This document shows positions 1 to 12,395 of a stretch of DNA of 64,000 bases, piece after piece; positions within the stretch are counted from its first letter, which is position 1, and the number at the start of each line of letters is the position of its first letter. A program made the position numbers and the translations under genes. The notes under the pieces are model-generated. The model made no database searches. It saw nothing but the letters and a program-made list of their open reading frames with translations, and was not told the DNA's origin. Origin of the DNA: Felis catus (taxonomy: Eukaryota); the NCBI RefSeq assembly GCF_018350175.1, contig NC_058368.1, positions 184,452,001 to 184,516,000 of the forward strand. Reading direction: 5' to 3'.

Positions 1-151
1 ATTTGATTAAGGACTCCAGAATGTATACATACATTATCAACATTTTCTAAATTTACATGAACACAGAATCTTTTCTGTTTTGTGGGACTGGTATTCCACA
101 GATCATACTTTGGGAAATGATACTTGCATCTAATTCTTTTTTTTTAACCAC

Positions 152-322
152 CTGAATTATAAAACTGTTTCACCATCTTAGGCTGCATATTCTTTATAGT
201 TCTTGCACTTTTGCTGTTCCTTCTAAATCAGAGGAACAAAATCTTTCTTTGGTTCCAATCTTCCTGAAACAACTTTGTGTCAAGTTCTAAAATTTTGTTA
301 ATCCATAGTCTCATACATTCTA
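152..322 (-). pseudogene. Fossil exon candidate (171 nt)
   Basis: ECMRLWINKILELDTKLFQEDWNQRKILFL*FRRNSKSARTIKNMQPKMVKQFYNS, donor CAG|gtggtt, long pyrimidine tract upstream. Confidence 0.45.
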
Positions 323-478
323 CTATATGTATAGAATTCCAAGTGAAGAAACAGTAGAGACACAAAATAAAGAAATCCAAGTTTTCAAAAACATTCTCAG
401 AGCTTCAAGTTTAAATAAAATTGAATATCCCAGGTTTAAATTAAAAGTTTAGAAGTTGCTAATAAAAAATTAAATGAG

Positions 479-646
479 GTGGCTCGTGAGTTTAAGCCCT
501 GCTTCGGGCTCTGTGCTGACAGCTCAGAGCCTGAAGCCTGCTTCAGATTCTGTGTCTCCCTCTCTCTCTCTGCCCCTCCCCCATTCATGTTCTGTCTCTC
601 TGTCTCTCTGTCTCTCTGTCTCTCTCTCTCTCAAAAATAAATATTA
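479..646 (+). mobile_element. CAN-SINE (SINEC), 5' part missing
   Basis: SINE body, (CT)n, A tail; TSD aaaaaattaaatgag at 464-478 and 647-661. Confidence 0.9.
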
Positions 647-853
647 AAAAAATTAAATGAGAAAAATTCTAAAGTCACATGATAATACCCAACATATGTA
701 ACTGAATATCTACTTATAATAAAACCTTTATAAAAATATCATTGTTTATTAAACATTAAGATTTAATTATTCACTAAGTTGCTCAAAATCACAATTTTAA
801 AAGGAACCAGTAAACTAAATGTATGCTAATGTATTGAACAGTATTCAAATTAC

Positions 854-1124
854 TTGCAAAAGCATATTTCTCAAATCAATTTGAAGATGCCACACATTTG
901 GAAGGTATTTAATTGACATTTTTCTTGGAAGATACTCAAATGGAATGCAAATAGCCCAATATACATCTTAGTATGGTAGCCGCACTCTCTTAGTCTTTTT
1001 TAGTCTTTCTAAAAATATCAAGAACCTTCTGAGTCATAATAGATCAATCATCATTGGATAAGATAACTCCTGTTCATGCTCATCTTGAGAACTATGATAA
1101 ACACCTGGACGTGTTTCTTTCAAT
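854..1124 (-). pseudogene. Fossil exon candidate (271 nt, phase 2-0)
   Basis: LKETRPGVYHSSQDEHEQELSYPMMIDLL*LRRFLIFLERLKKTKRVRLPY*DVYWAICIPFEYLPRKMSIKYLPNVWHLQIDLRNMLLQ|gtaatt; 2 stops in 90 codons. Confidence 0.5.
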
Positions 1125-1233
1125 CTTTTTAGAAAGAATTACAATTCAGAAATTTTCATGATGCAAATTATAAAGGAACTTAAAACCAGTAAGAGAGAGA
1201 AAGACATAAATGATTTGAGGTGAATCTACTCAC

Positions 1234-1385
1234 TTCTAACAAGGCATTTGAAATATAAGACTGTATCTTTTGTTCTAGTATAATACAATCACCAGGAAAA
1301 GCACTGTAATTTTTCATAATTTAACTAAATTTGGAATATTAGCCTCTTCCTATTCTATAACATCTGCTTCAACTTGAATGGAATG
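1234..1385 (-). pseudogene. Fossil exon candidate
   Basis: Donor GAA|gtgagt; HSIQVEADVIE*EEANIPNLVKL then shifted MKNYSAFPGDCIILEQKIQSYISNALLE; acceptor uncertain. Confidence 0.35.
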
Positions 1386-1586
1386 CTAAGTAAGCACAGG
1401 AAGATTGGTAGATGGTAGATAGGTAAGTAGATAGATACAGAGATATAGGCTTCAAAAATGAATCTATTTTTCTACTAATTTTCACGAAGTATATTATTTA
1501 GAATAGAAATCTGTACAGAGGAAGAGCAGCAAAATAGTAATCTATAATTCTGTAACAACTTTCTCAAAAGACTTCAAAACATTTTT

Positions 1587-1789
1587 TAAAAAGTTTATTT
1601 ATTTTTAAGAGAGAGACAGAACATGAGCTAGGGAGGGGCAGAGAAAGAGGGGGACACAGAATCTGAAGCAGGCTCCAGGCTCTGAGCTTTCAGCACAGAG
1701 CCTGACTCAGGGCTCGAACTCACAAACCACGAGATCCTGACCTGAGCTGAAGTCAGATGTTTAACCGACTGAGTTAACCCAGGCGCCCC
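1587..1789 (-). mobile_element. CAN-SINE
   Basis: Ends ...cccaggcgcccc; TSD acttcaaaa(c/g)attttt at 1571 and 1791. Confidence 0.95.
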
Positions 1790-1994
1790 AACTTCAAAAG
1801 ATTTTTATCTGTGAAATACGTAAACCCATTTTTCAGATGTCAGATTGAAGGCATAACATAATGCCGAAACCCTGTTTGAGATGCCGAAATTTTAATCAAT
1901 AATTTGTCTACGAAATGCCTGAAAAAATAAATCCAGAGGCAATCAAATGGATTCATTGATTTATTAGTCACTTATTTTAAATTACTGGCTCTTT

Positions 1995-2249
1995 GGGGCG
2001 CCTGGGTGGCGCAGTCGGTTAAGCGTCCGACTTCAGCCAGGTCACGATCTCGCGGTCCGTGAGTTCGAGCCCCGCGTCAGGCTCTGGGCTGATGGCTCAG
2101 AGCCTGGAGCCTGTTTCCGATTCTGTGTCTCCCTCTCTCTGACCCTCCCCCATTCATGCTGTGTCTCTCTCTGTCCCAAAAATAAATAAATGTTGAAAAA
2201 AAAATTAAAAAAAAATTTAAAAAATAAATAAATAAATAAATAAATAAAT
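1995..2249 (+). mobile_element. Young CAN-SINE (SINEC_Fc-type)
   Basis: ggggcgcctgggtggcgcagtcggttaagcg..., CpGs retained; perfect TSD aaattactggctcttt at 1979-1994 and 2250-2265. Confidence 0.97.
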
Positions 2250-2751
2250 AAATTACTGGCTCTTTAAAATAAATGCTTATTTTGATAGCCCATTTACTTG
2301 ACATGAATTAGCCTATACTTAATATTATTAAAAGCATGCAAGATTCATTTGGAACTGAGTTTATGACCTAAAAGATAACTCAAAGCCAGTCAAATATATA
2401 GGAATATGCCCTTTTAATATTCCAAATGGTCAATAGTACCAAAATATTAGTTGTCACTAAATGGAGGCACAATGCAGATTTTGTTGCTTAAAGTTAACAG
2501 TTTCAATCTAAGAATCTCTAAAGAGCTCCAAGGCTCAAAAGCTTCTAGCTGCTTCTAGAGCTCAACTGACACACAGTCATGCCAAGCTGAGAGATAACTG
2601 CCAAAGGGTACTCTGAGCAGCAGTAGGGAAAATCAAATCCAGGGGTCCCATGCTCTTATAAATGTTTTCATCTTAAAAACACCAAGAAAAAATTCTTTGC
2701 TATATGTCAGTCCTCAAGTATATTTATTATTTCAATTTAATAAGCATTTAC

Positions 2752-2827
2752 CTGGTAAGAACCCAAGAGCCCAAATGAAAATAAATGATACTTATTAGTG
2801 AATAATGGTTTGTTCCAGTCTCTGGGT
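2752..2827 (-). pseudogene. Exon candidate (76 nt)
   Basis: Acceptor tattttattttag|, donor CAG|gtaaat; two open frames (PRDWNKPLFTNKYHLFSFGLLGSYQ or PETGTNHYSLISIIYFHLGSWVLT). Confidence 0.45.
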
Positions 2828-3977
2828 CTAAAATAAAATAACCTCATCAGAAGATAAATACTAGCACTGCCTTTGGAAGTCAACAGGTAATGGTAAATAA
2901 GAACAAATGGAAAGAAATAAGGAAAACAGCTTAGAGAGTTGGGAGATTGATTTTCTCATGTCAGTGATATGTTCCATTTGTTTCTAGCTCATTCATTGGC
3001 TAGCAAAATTACACTAAATATAAGAATTTATCTGCAGTGTATTTGGGTACATTTGAATCATACATGGGACCTAAAAGAAGAAGGTAAGAATTTGATCAGA
3101 TCGGAAAAGATTCTGATAGGTATAATTTCTGGGAATGAGAACTGACAGATATCCATTTCTACAGATATTATATGATCTTAGATGTAGTAGTAGTTTGGTC
3201 ATGGCATATCTCTTTCAGAGAAATTGCTTTCAGGCAGTAGGTTGGCCTCAAACCAAATATATCTTTAGAGAAATGTCAATCAGAAATTTGTAATAGACAT
3301 CCGGAGGTCTTACTCAAGGTGTTTCTAATTGTAATTATCATCATGCAACTGAGGAAGAAGATGGACTGCATTTAAAGATCTATGATTATCTAATGGAAGT
3401 CAAGGTTAAGAAATAAGGTTGATTCTCATAAAGGCTGAGAATCAGAAACCAGAGATGAGTCATTCATCTAGTATTGTCTCCCTTCCTCCCTTCATATAGC
3501 CTGTGTCTGCTTCTATTACCTGATTTTCTTCATGAAATGGCTCTTTCTGCATACATGCCTTCTCCCCCATACCCTGCAAAATAAAACATGCCACAAAAGT
3601 CAGCAGTAATTCCAGAGGTTGTCATTTACTAAGTTCAGACTTATAACTACAGTAGAAGCTAAATCCTCTTATCTGACTTTATTCAGTTACATGAGCTGAC
3701 AAAATCAGCATAGAGAGCTAAGAATTATATATATATTTTATAATATACATTGTATTATATATAATACATAGTAAAACATATATAATACATAAATATAAAT
3801 ATGCATTATAAATACATGAAATATATACTCAATCATTATAACTTAAAATGACTGTATGTAAATCAAGCACTTAAGATCTTGAAGCTGGAGGGGAGGGGTG
3901 GGGCACAGTCTATACCTCTCCCACCTAGGTGCTCGCTCACTTGCATGGAATGTTGATGTAGAAAAAGGTCCAAGGGC

Positions 3978-5223
3978 CCTTATGAAGATAAAAAGCTTCT
4001 GCACAGCAAAGGAAACAACCAACAAAACTAAAAGGCAACCAACGGAATGGGAAAAGATATTCGCAAATGACATATCGGACAAAGGGCTAGTATCCAAAAT
4101 CTATAAAGAGCTCACCAAACTCCACACCCAAAAAACAAATAAGCCAGTGAAGAAATGGGCAGAAAACATGAATAGACACTTCTCTAAAGAAGACATCCGG
4201 ATGGCCAACAGGCACATGAAAAGATGTTCAGTGTCGCTCCTTATCAGGGAAATACAAATGAAAACCACACTCAGGTATCACCTCACGCCAGTCAGAGTGG
4301 CCAAAATGAACAAATCAGGAGACTATAGATGCTGGAGAGGATGTGGAGAAACGGGAACCCTCTTGCACTGTTGGTGGGAATGCAAATTGGTGCAGCCGCT
4401 CTGGAAAGCAGTGTGGAGGTTCCTCAGAAAATTAAAAATAGACCTACCCTATTGACCCAGCAATAGCACTGCTAGGAATTTATCCAAGGGATACAGGAGG
4501 ACTGATGCATAGGGCCACTCGTACCCCAATGTTCATAGCAGCACTCTCAACAATAGCCAAATTATGGAAAGAGCCTAAATGTCCATCAACTGATGAATGG
4601 ATAAAGAAATTGTGGTTTATATACACAATGGAGTACTACGTGGCAATGAGAAAGAATGAAATATGGCCCTTTGTAGCAACATAGATGGAACTGGAGATTG
4701 TTATGCTAAGTGAAATAAGCCATACAGAGAAAGACAGATACCATATGGTTTCACTCTTATGTGGATCCTGAGAAACTTAACAGGAACCCATGCGGGAGGG
4801 GAAGGAAAAAAAAAAAAAAAGGTTAGAGTGGGAGAGAGCCAAAGCATAAGAGACTGTTAAAAACTGAGAACAAACTGAGGGTTGATGGGGGGTGGGAGGG
4901 AGGGGAGGGTGGGTGATGGGTATTGAGGAGGGCACCTTTTGGGATGAGCACTGGGTGTTGTATGGAAACCAATTTGTCAATTAATTTCATATATAAAAAT
5001 AAATAAATAAATAAAACACCATTTATTTTGTTTAAAAAAAAAATCCCCATTTTGTTCCTCATGCTCCAAATGAGTATTAAAAAAAAAATAAAAAAAAAAA
5101 TAAAGGTAAAGAGACATCATACTAAGTGTTGACCAGGATGTGGAACAACTGTAATGTTCATATAGTGCTAATAAAAATATAAAATGGGACAACCACTTTG
5201 GAAAAAAAAAAAAAAAGAAAGAA
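3978..5223 (+). mobile_element. 5'-truncated carnivore L1 (ORF2 C-terminus and 3'UTR, 3978 to ~5016) plus 3'-transduced DNA
   Basis: ORF 3898-4455 encodes the L1 ORF2 C-domain ([18 protein letters not shown]); 18-bp perfect TSD agaaaaaggtccaagggc at 3960-3977 and 5224-5241. Confidence 0.95.
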
Positions 5224-5609
5224 AGAAAAAGGTCCAAGGGCAACATCTGATTTCCTAACTGGACAAAAGTATGGTCTGATGTAAGGCTGGTTGCCATTGC
5301 TTCTCTGGGGAGCTTACTGGAAATCTTTGAAGGGTATGGTAGAGGCCTCCCCAACTGCACAAATCTCTGACATCTCTTCTTCCTTTCTCAATCCCCCATG
5401 AAGGCAGCCCAACTCAGATTCTTACCTCTGGGGCAATTTTTCCTGACATATGAATATCTTTGTGCAGTTTTGGCAAAGTAGCTCAAGTAGCTCAAGTTTG
5501 TCTATGCTGCCTCTGGAGCCACAGGAAGCTCACAACCCTTGATCAACAGCATGAAGTTGGAAATACATTCTTGGACTTTGAAGACTAGTTCATTAGAGAC
5601 TTTTGCTTC

Positions 5610-6045
5610 TGTCTAAGCCTCAGAATGCTCACTCCTAGGAGAAGCTAGCTGCCATATAAGAAGTTCAATTACTCTGAGATGGTCATGTGGTGAATTCCAA
5701 GGTTGATATCTGGAAAGGCCCTGTAAAGAGAAGAAAGATGCCTGATGAGTTTTAGTCCTTCTAGACATGTGAGTGAAGAAGCCATCTTGGACACTCCAGA
5801 CCCAGCAGACATAAAATGGAAAAGAACCAAGGAATCCAGTCACTGGCCAGTACTGAAGCATTAGGTATATGGCCACAACAGAGCCACCCCAGCTGAAGCC
5901 CAAGTCATCACAGAGCAAAGACAGGTCACTCCCACCATGCCCTGCCTCATCTACTGACACACAAACTTGTGAGGATAGTTAACGGTTGTGGCTTGTACCA
6001 CTGAATTTTAGGATGACTATTTCATACCCATAGATAACCAAAACA
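5610..6045 (+). mobile_element. Old MaLR LTR (MLT1 family)
   Basis: MLT1-like motifs (gccatcttggac, gagccaccccagctgaagccc) and 3' end atagataaccaaaaca. Confidence 0.65.
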
Positions 6046-6284
6046 ACTATTACAACCCTGACATTCTTTTTTCATTCTTTTGAGATATTTACAAACATAT
6101 TTGTGGATGGCTGAAGTTCTTCAATTAGTGATTGCAACATGAGGTTATTTCTCTAAAAATAATTAATCTTACTTCAGCTGAATTAGCATGGGTTTTGCTA
6201 TCATAATGACTTAGTTAAAATATATAGTTTTGAAAATTAATAGTTTTCTTAACTCTTAATTTCTCATTTTATTTTACTTATTTT

Positions 6285-6493
6285 TGGTTTTTTTCACGTT
6301 ATTTATTTTAGAGAGAGAGAGACAGAGTGCGAGTGGGGAGGGCGAGAGAGAGAGGGAGACACAAAATCCGAAGCAGGCTCCAGGCTCCTAGCTGTCAGCA
6401 CAGAGCTTGACATGGGGCCCAAACCCATGAACCATGAGATCATGACCCAGGCCAAAGTCGAACACACAACTAACTGAGTCACCCAGGCACCCC
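6285..6493 (-). mobile_element. CAN-SINE
   Basis: TSD ttattttacttatttt at 6269 and 6494. Confidence 0.93.
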
Positions 6494-6574
6494 TTATTTT
6501 ACTTATTTTAAAAATGAATAATAGCAGTAATTTTATGGTATTCTATGGGAATTCAATAAAATATTATGCATATG

Positions 6575-7145
6575 GATGCAGCCACTATGGAAAACAGTAT
6601 AGAAGTTCCTAAAAAAGTGAAAAATAGAACTACCATACAATCCAGCAATTCTCCCTCTGGATATTTATCCAAAAAAAACAAAAATACCAATTCAAACAGG
6701 TATATATACCCCCTATGTTGACTCCAGCATTATTTACAACAGCCAAGATATCCATCAATAGATGAATGGATAATATATACATTTTAATATAACATATATA
6801 TATTTCACATCATACATATATATATCACATATATATCACACACATGCACACGTGTGTGTATGTGTATAATAGACTAATACTCAGCCATGACAAGGAATGA
6901 AATCTTGTCATTTGTTGACAACATGGATGGACCCAGAGAGTATTATGCTAAGTGAAATAAGTCAGACAAAGAAAGCTAAATACTATATGATTTCACTTTA
7001 TATGTAGAATCAAACAAAACAAAACAAATGAACAACTAAAACAGATATAGACTTAGATGCAGGAAAACAAACTGTTGGTTACCAGGGGGGAGTAGGTGTT
7101 GGGGATTAGGTGAAATAGGTAAAGAGTATTTAAGAGGTACAAACT
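6575..7145 (+). mobile_element. Older L1 3' end fragment
   Basis: gcagccactatggaaaacagtat...tatgctaagtgaaataagtcagac...gaggtacaaact. Confidence 0.85.
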
Positions 7146-7709
7146 TTTTGCATCCGCTTTTAGACCATTTAGAGTAAGGTTGAGGAATTTTGTCAGTCAT
7201 TCCCAAGTATACCTTGTTCTACCAGAAGGAAATCACTTAACATTTTGAAGTTACTTCATTCTTATTTGAAACATTTGTGAAAAATAACTTCACATACAGG
7301 AAGAGAAAGTAAACAGAGATAAATCACTGAAATTTAATCTGCCACAGATGCAATGGAAAGAAAAAAACTGTGGGGGAAGGGTAGAAGAAACTCGCAAATA
7401 TTTCAATCAAATTAACATCAAGCATAAGTTAGATGAGACTGAGAAGATAATTACCTGCCTAAAAAAGCAATTAAATTAAAGTTCTGTCTCTTTTTTTTAA
7501 CAGCACATGCTGCTGTTAGAAATAGTGGAAGCATTAATTCTGGAAATACAATATTTTAGGATTTACTTTTTCTGGAAATACTCATAAATATGAAAATAAG
7601 AATGTTTGGTGTGAAGGTAAAGCCATGCATAATCAAATACTGTGGAAGCAGTCCAACCTCACACAGCCATCCCATCTCACTAGATCTTGAGTAGATATTA
7701 TTATATTAC

Positions 7710-8270
7710 CTGCCCGTAATAAAATGGTTCTTTTGAAACAAGTGTTATCTTCCAATAGTTCCTTCTGCTTTATTGGAAAAGCAGAGTCTGTGAATCCTTT
7801 CTGGATAATTTTAGGCTGTTCATCTCAACTGATTATTCATTTTACTTGAGTCCTTCTTCAAGAGGATGTCAAGGACTTTTATTTTTGTCATAGAAACCAT
7901 TAATTTGCATTTGAAAGATGGGAAGTTGGGAATAAAGTTTTCAACTAATTATAATCAGTGGCTATATCTCTATGCAGAAGACTGTGCATAGTCACAAAGG
8001 ATCTAAGAGGAGTAATGCATCTGTTTTATTCCTCTTTGTGTTTTCATCAAAATTATGGAGATTTTTATTAGCCTCCTCCACATTTCATTTCTCATCAATT
8101 CCTACCTTGATTTTATGTGTGAAACATGCTTGGTCTTTCAATAGTTCTAATTCTTTCAATATTTCTAATTCTCTCTCTTACAATTAAATGGTTTCTTCCT
8201 CCCCCACTTTAACTTTCTTTGTTGTTTTACTTTTCTTATTGTGAGAAAAAGTATAGGATAAAAGATGGAT
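7710..8270 (-). pseudogene. Large fossil exon candidate (561 nt, phase 0-0)
   Basis: Acceptor ccaccttcattag|, donor CAG|gtaata; begins IHLLSYTFSHNKKSKTTKKVKVGEEETI*L*ERELEILKELELLKDQACFTHKIK. It has 10 stops in 187 codons, so it is weak on its own. Confidence 0.35.
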
Positions 8271-8860
8271 CTAATGAAGGTGGTAAGTAAGAATATTTTA
8301 TAATTTATATTTTAGCAGAAAGTGAGACAGTTACATTCACTGAAAATCTCTACTGAAATAACAGGCAGAGTATAAGTAGCTAATTAATATTTAAAATCAC
8401 AATTAGCTTTAAATTCATTATATCTTTGAAAGAAAACTACACTTCATATACAATATTGTTAAAAGATAAAGCAAACAGAGGTACTCTGTGAAATACCAAA
8501 ATCAAGCTTCAAAGGCGAGTCATCTATAAACATAAAATGAGAAAACTGAAAAATAATAAGGAAAATAATGCGACAATGATCAGAAGCCATACAATCTACA
8601 ATAGAAGAAGAGTGTTGAGTAATGAAAGCTTAATATAAAATAAAAGTTACTGCAACAAAACAGGTTCAAATTTCAAAGGTCAAAATATAGGCAAGGAAAA
8701 ATTCTCATGACAGAAAAACAAAATTAATATAAAGTAAGTTTTGGTGAAACTGCTCAGATGAAACAAAACAAAACAAAAAACCTTGAAAAATCACAAACAT
8801 CCATTCAAATTTAATCAAACCATCTTGAACTCAACCCAGATCTCTACATTATATATTTTT

Positions 8861-9820
8861 TTCTTTTAATTTTTATTTTATGATAATTTTACAACATTTT
8901 GGTGGAAACATGATTATATACAAATTGCATTCCTTGTGACTCCCTCTTTTGATGCCATTAGCAGCATGTTAACTAACTATAGTGTTCATGGGTACAGGAA
9001 ATTTTTCAAAAAAGGAGTCTGAAATTTACTTTTACAGTTACCTGGGTTGGAATGCTACATTAAATGCTCATAATTTTGCATTGAGTTGGGGGGGGGGGGT
9101 AATTGAAAGGGTTTGGAGACCATATGTTGATATTCTTTTGATATGTTAAGAAATATGCCAGTTTTGTTTCCTATTCCTTCTTAAATGTTTTTAGAGGTTG
9201 CCCTGTCACTAGTTGACAAAAATCTCACAGTGTTGATGTGTAAGGGCTGTTGATTACTGGCAGCAAAGAATTCCAAGTGTGCTGGCACCCGAGATAGCAT
9301 CTCCACATTTTTTTTTAATATATGAAATTTATTGTCAAATTGGTTTCCATACAACACCCAGTGCTCATCCCAAAAGGTGCCCTCCTCAATACCCATCACC
9401 CCCCCCATCAACCCTCAGTTTGTTCTCAGTTTTTAACAGTCTCTTATGCTTTGGCTCTCTCCCACTCTAACCTCTTTTTTTTTTTTCCTTCCCCTCCCCC
9501 ATGGGTTCCTGTTAAGTTTCTCAGGATCCACAAAAGAGTGAAACCATATGGTATCTGTCTTTCTCTGTATGGCTTATTTCACTTAGCATCACACTCTCCA
9601 GTTCCATCCACGTTGCTACAAAAGGCCATATTTCATTTTTTCTCATTGCCACGTAGTATTCCATTGTGTATATAAACCACAATTTCTTTATCCATTCATC
9701 AGTGGATGGACATTCAGGCTCTTTCCATAATTTGGCTATTGTTGAGAGTGCTGCTATGAACATTGGGGTACAAGTGCCCCTATGCATCAGTACTCCTGTA
9801 TCCCTTGGATAAATTCCTAG
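8861..9820 (-). mobile_element. 5'-truncated carnivore L1 (9309-9820) plus ~430 bp 3'-transduced DNA
   Basis: L1 ORF2 end and 3'UTR on minus strand; TSD ctctacattatat(at)ttt at 8842 and 9821; right copy ends in tttt/aa. Confidence 0.88.
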
Positions 9821-10067
9821 CTCTACATTATATTTTAATAATGTACACAGAAGCTTTCCAGAATACAGCAAAATTTAATTTTTGGCATTCTTAAAGAGCA
9901 AAGAATATGTGCAATATGATCTTCTAATTAAATTACAAAGATCAAAACACAAAAAACTCCAAGCAAATTCCTGAATATAAAAATAGGTAGCATTTTAGGA
10001 TTGATTTCACATAATAAATCATGAACCAATATATCAGCACATGCTTTCATTAAAAATGTACCAAAAG

Positions 10068-10291
10068 TGGGGCGCCTGGGTGGCGCAGTTGGTTAAGCGT
10101 CCGACTTCAGCCAGGTCACGATCTCGCGGTCCGTGAGTCCGAGCCCCGCATCAGGCTCTGGGCTGATGGCTCAGAGCCTGGAGCCTGTTTCCGATTCTGT
10201 GTCTCCCTCTCTCTCTGCCCCTCCCCCGTTCATGCTCAGTCTCTCTCTGTCCCAAAAATAAATAAAAACGTTGAAAAAAAAATTTTTTTTT
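10068..10291 (+). mobile_element. Young CAN-SINE
   Basis: TSD aaaatgtaccaaaag at 10053 and 10292. Confidence 0.97.
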
Positions 10292-10610
10292 AAAATGTAC
10301 CAAAAGAGACTTTGGATCCGATATCCAATAATGTACGTTAGCCACCATATCTGCTCTCAGAATATGCTAATAGCATTTGACCAACATTTTCAGGTCAGAA
10401 GTGCCTCCAACTCCACATTTAATTATTATAAAATAAATTTAAGTTGATTCCAAACTTGTATGTTTTATGGTCTAATTTTCACTAAATGAAATTAAAAAAT
10501 AAAAAACATTTTTCCTCTCAATCTTCTGGCTCCATGGAGTCCCACTGAAATCCATAAGAAAAACAGCGACTACAAGAGAAGACATGTTCAAACACTGATT
10601 GATTTCTTAC

Positions 10611-10717
10611 CTTTGGGATTAGATTGGCAAAGCCAAAAGCAAATGAATGAGAGAACTATTGCACTAATAGATACTTTAACTGTTTCCTTTGGAAATGGCA
10701 ATGAGACTAATAATAGC
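10611..10717 (-). pseudogene. Exon candidate (107 nt; alternative acceptor at 10786)
   Basis: Acceptor ttattgttattgcag|, strong donor AAG|gtaaga; open phase 2-1 frame LLLVSLPFPKETVKVSISAIVLSFICFWLCQSNPK, or a phase-0-ending frame ...FSHSFAFGFANLIPK. Confidence 0.5.
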
Positions 10718-10850
10718 CTGCAATAACAATAATGAATCCTATTAGCTTTTCATGATGATGACGATGATGATGATGATTATCCTAGGCTGAAAATAAGATT
10801 ACAAGAAAGAATATTATGCAAGATGCTCTCTGAAATTATAAATGAAATAC

Positions 10851-11032
10851 GTTCTCTTCCATATGTACATTTCTTCCAGACAGTGTGCAAGGTAGCAGGT
10901 ATTTCTTTGGTACATAATAACAGAAATATCGTACCAATCATGCAAATTAAATTCTGGTTATGTTTCTGTGAAATATATACTAGGAGCAGCATATATACTT
11001 TCTTTTCCCATATCTGTAATATTACTTCTTAT
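10851..11032 (-). pseudogene. Fossil exon candidate (phase 0-2; donor at 10851 or 10869)
   Basis: Acceptor ttctttctgacttacag|; IRSNITDMGKESIYAAPSIYFTET*PEFNLHDWYDISVIMYQRNTCYLAHCLEEMYIWKR, one stop in 60 codons. Confidence 0.55.
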
Positions 11033-11221
11033 CTGTAAGTCAGAAAGAAATCCTCTTGCCTCTGTCACGGAGAGAAAATAGCTCATATCTGACAATGGAT
11101 TAAGCCATCTTTAAATTTTGGCTTTTCCAGGGAAAATTCAGTGTGCTTAATTCTTACCCTAAAATTTGGGTTTACATATACAAAACACCTAAATTCTAAA
11201 CCTCCTAATAATACTGCTCAC

Positions 11222-11350
11222 CTCATGCCAATACATTTGTTCAAAACCAGCAGTCCTGTTTTCAGTAAAATTGATGTCAACCATGCAATCCTTCAATGTA
11301 ATAACTTGATAAAACAGCAGGTGGTTTTATGGCATTATCATCACAAGTCA
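11222..11350 (-). pseudogene. Fossil exon candidate (129 nt, phase 0-0)
   Basis: Acceptor atcaatatttttaacag|, donor GAG|gtgagc; *LVMIMP*NHLLFYQVITLKDCMVDINFTENRTAGFEQMYWHE. Confidence 0.55.
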
Positions 11351-11457
11351 CTGTTAAAAATATTGATAAAAGTTCATGTTTCAATAGTGTAAGTTATTTT
11401 CTTCTAAAATAATGTGTACTGTGTATGATTAAGCAGTCTTTAATATTATCCAACTCT

Positions 11458-11662
11458 GGGCGCCTGGGTAGCTCAGTCGGTTGAACCACAAACTTTGGCT
11501 CAGGTCATGATCTCACAGTTTGTGGGTTCGAGCCCTGCATCAGGCTCTGTGCTCACAGCTCAGAGCCTGGGTCCTGCTTCTGATTCTGTGTCTCCCTCTC
11601 TCTCTGGCCCTCCCCCACTCATGCTCTGTCTCTATCTCAGAAAGAAACATAAAAAAAATTTA
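11458..11662 (+). mobile_element. CAN-SINE
   Basis: TSD aatattatccaactct at 11442 and 11663. Confidence 0.95.
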
Positions 11663-12249
11663 AATATTATCCAACTCTGCAGAACATCATATATAGCCTT
11701 CCATCCTGACTGAACTCCAAAACAGAGCATGGATAATGAAAAAAGGAAGCTGGTGTTAACAGTTTGGGTAACTAATTAGAAATGTGTCACCTAAACTTTA
11801 GGCAATATTTTTCTCATATTTTAAAATCTCTTCCTATTAAATGAAATTACTGAATGTAATTAATTGTGGCTTTCCTTATAATCACATAAAAATCTCCCCC
11901 CTCCACCCACCCCCAAATATTATATATATCTTTCACATGGCATATATTGAGGCTTGTCTGCCCTTCTCACACATCAGAGGAAGGCTGTCCGGTTTAAAAT
12001 GAAATGTTGGAACTTGTGTGGGGTAAATCATGATTTGCTCGTTCAAAAAATGTCTCTAGGGTGCCATTTCTTTTCCAGGCATTCGTTCTGAATGCTTATC
12101 TCTTCTATAGAGCTCAACCCTAAAAGGGCTTATAGACATTTTCTTTTTGACACTTGGAGCTGCCCAGAACTGTGTTAGTCTCTATGTGGGGGTGAGTATC
12201 TTTTAGATGGTGACTTGAAAGAGGGAAAAATGAGTGGTGCAAAAAGAGA

Positions 12250-12395
12250 TGGGCTGTAAATTAGTAAAAATGAATTCAAATCCTGTCTTTGTTTTGAGGT
12301 GCATGGTCTTGAGCATATCATTTAACCTACCTGGACCTCTGTTTCCTTATTTGTTAAACTAGTGAGTGACAAAGATGACCTCTAAACTTTGAAAT
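12250..12395 (+). mobile_element. MIR fragment
   Basis: MIR core-like ttcaaatcctgtc...atttaacct...ctctgtttccttatttgt. Confidence 0.6.

Noticed and set aside
1995..2080. tRNA-like A and B boxes
   Set aside because: tRNA-derived heads of CAN-SINEs, not tRNA genes.
3898..4455. 185-aa ORF as a chimeric gene
   Set aside because: It is L1 ORF2 C-terminus with a chance upstream extension from a GTG; nothing suggests expression.
7504..7616. Plus-strand exon-like block (ttttttttaacag| ... AAG|gtaaag)
   Set aside because: Stops in all three frames and no partner exons found; could at most be noncoding.
9040..9308. Minus-strand frame ending in CAG|gtaact, as another fossil exon
   Set aside because: It lies inside the L1-transduced segment, so it is not native to this locus.
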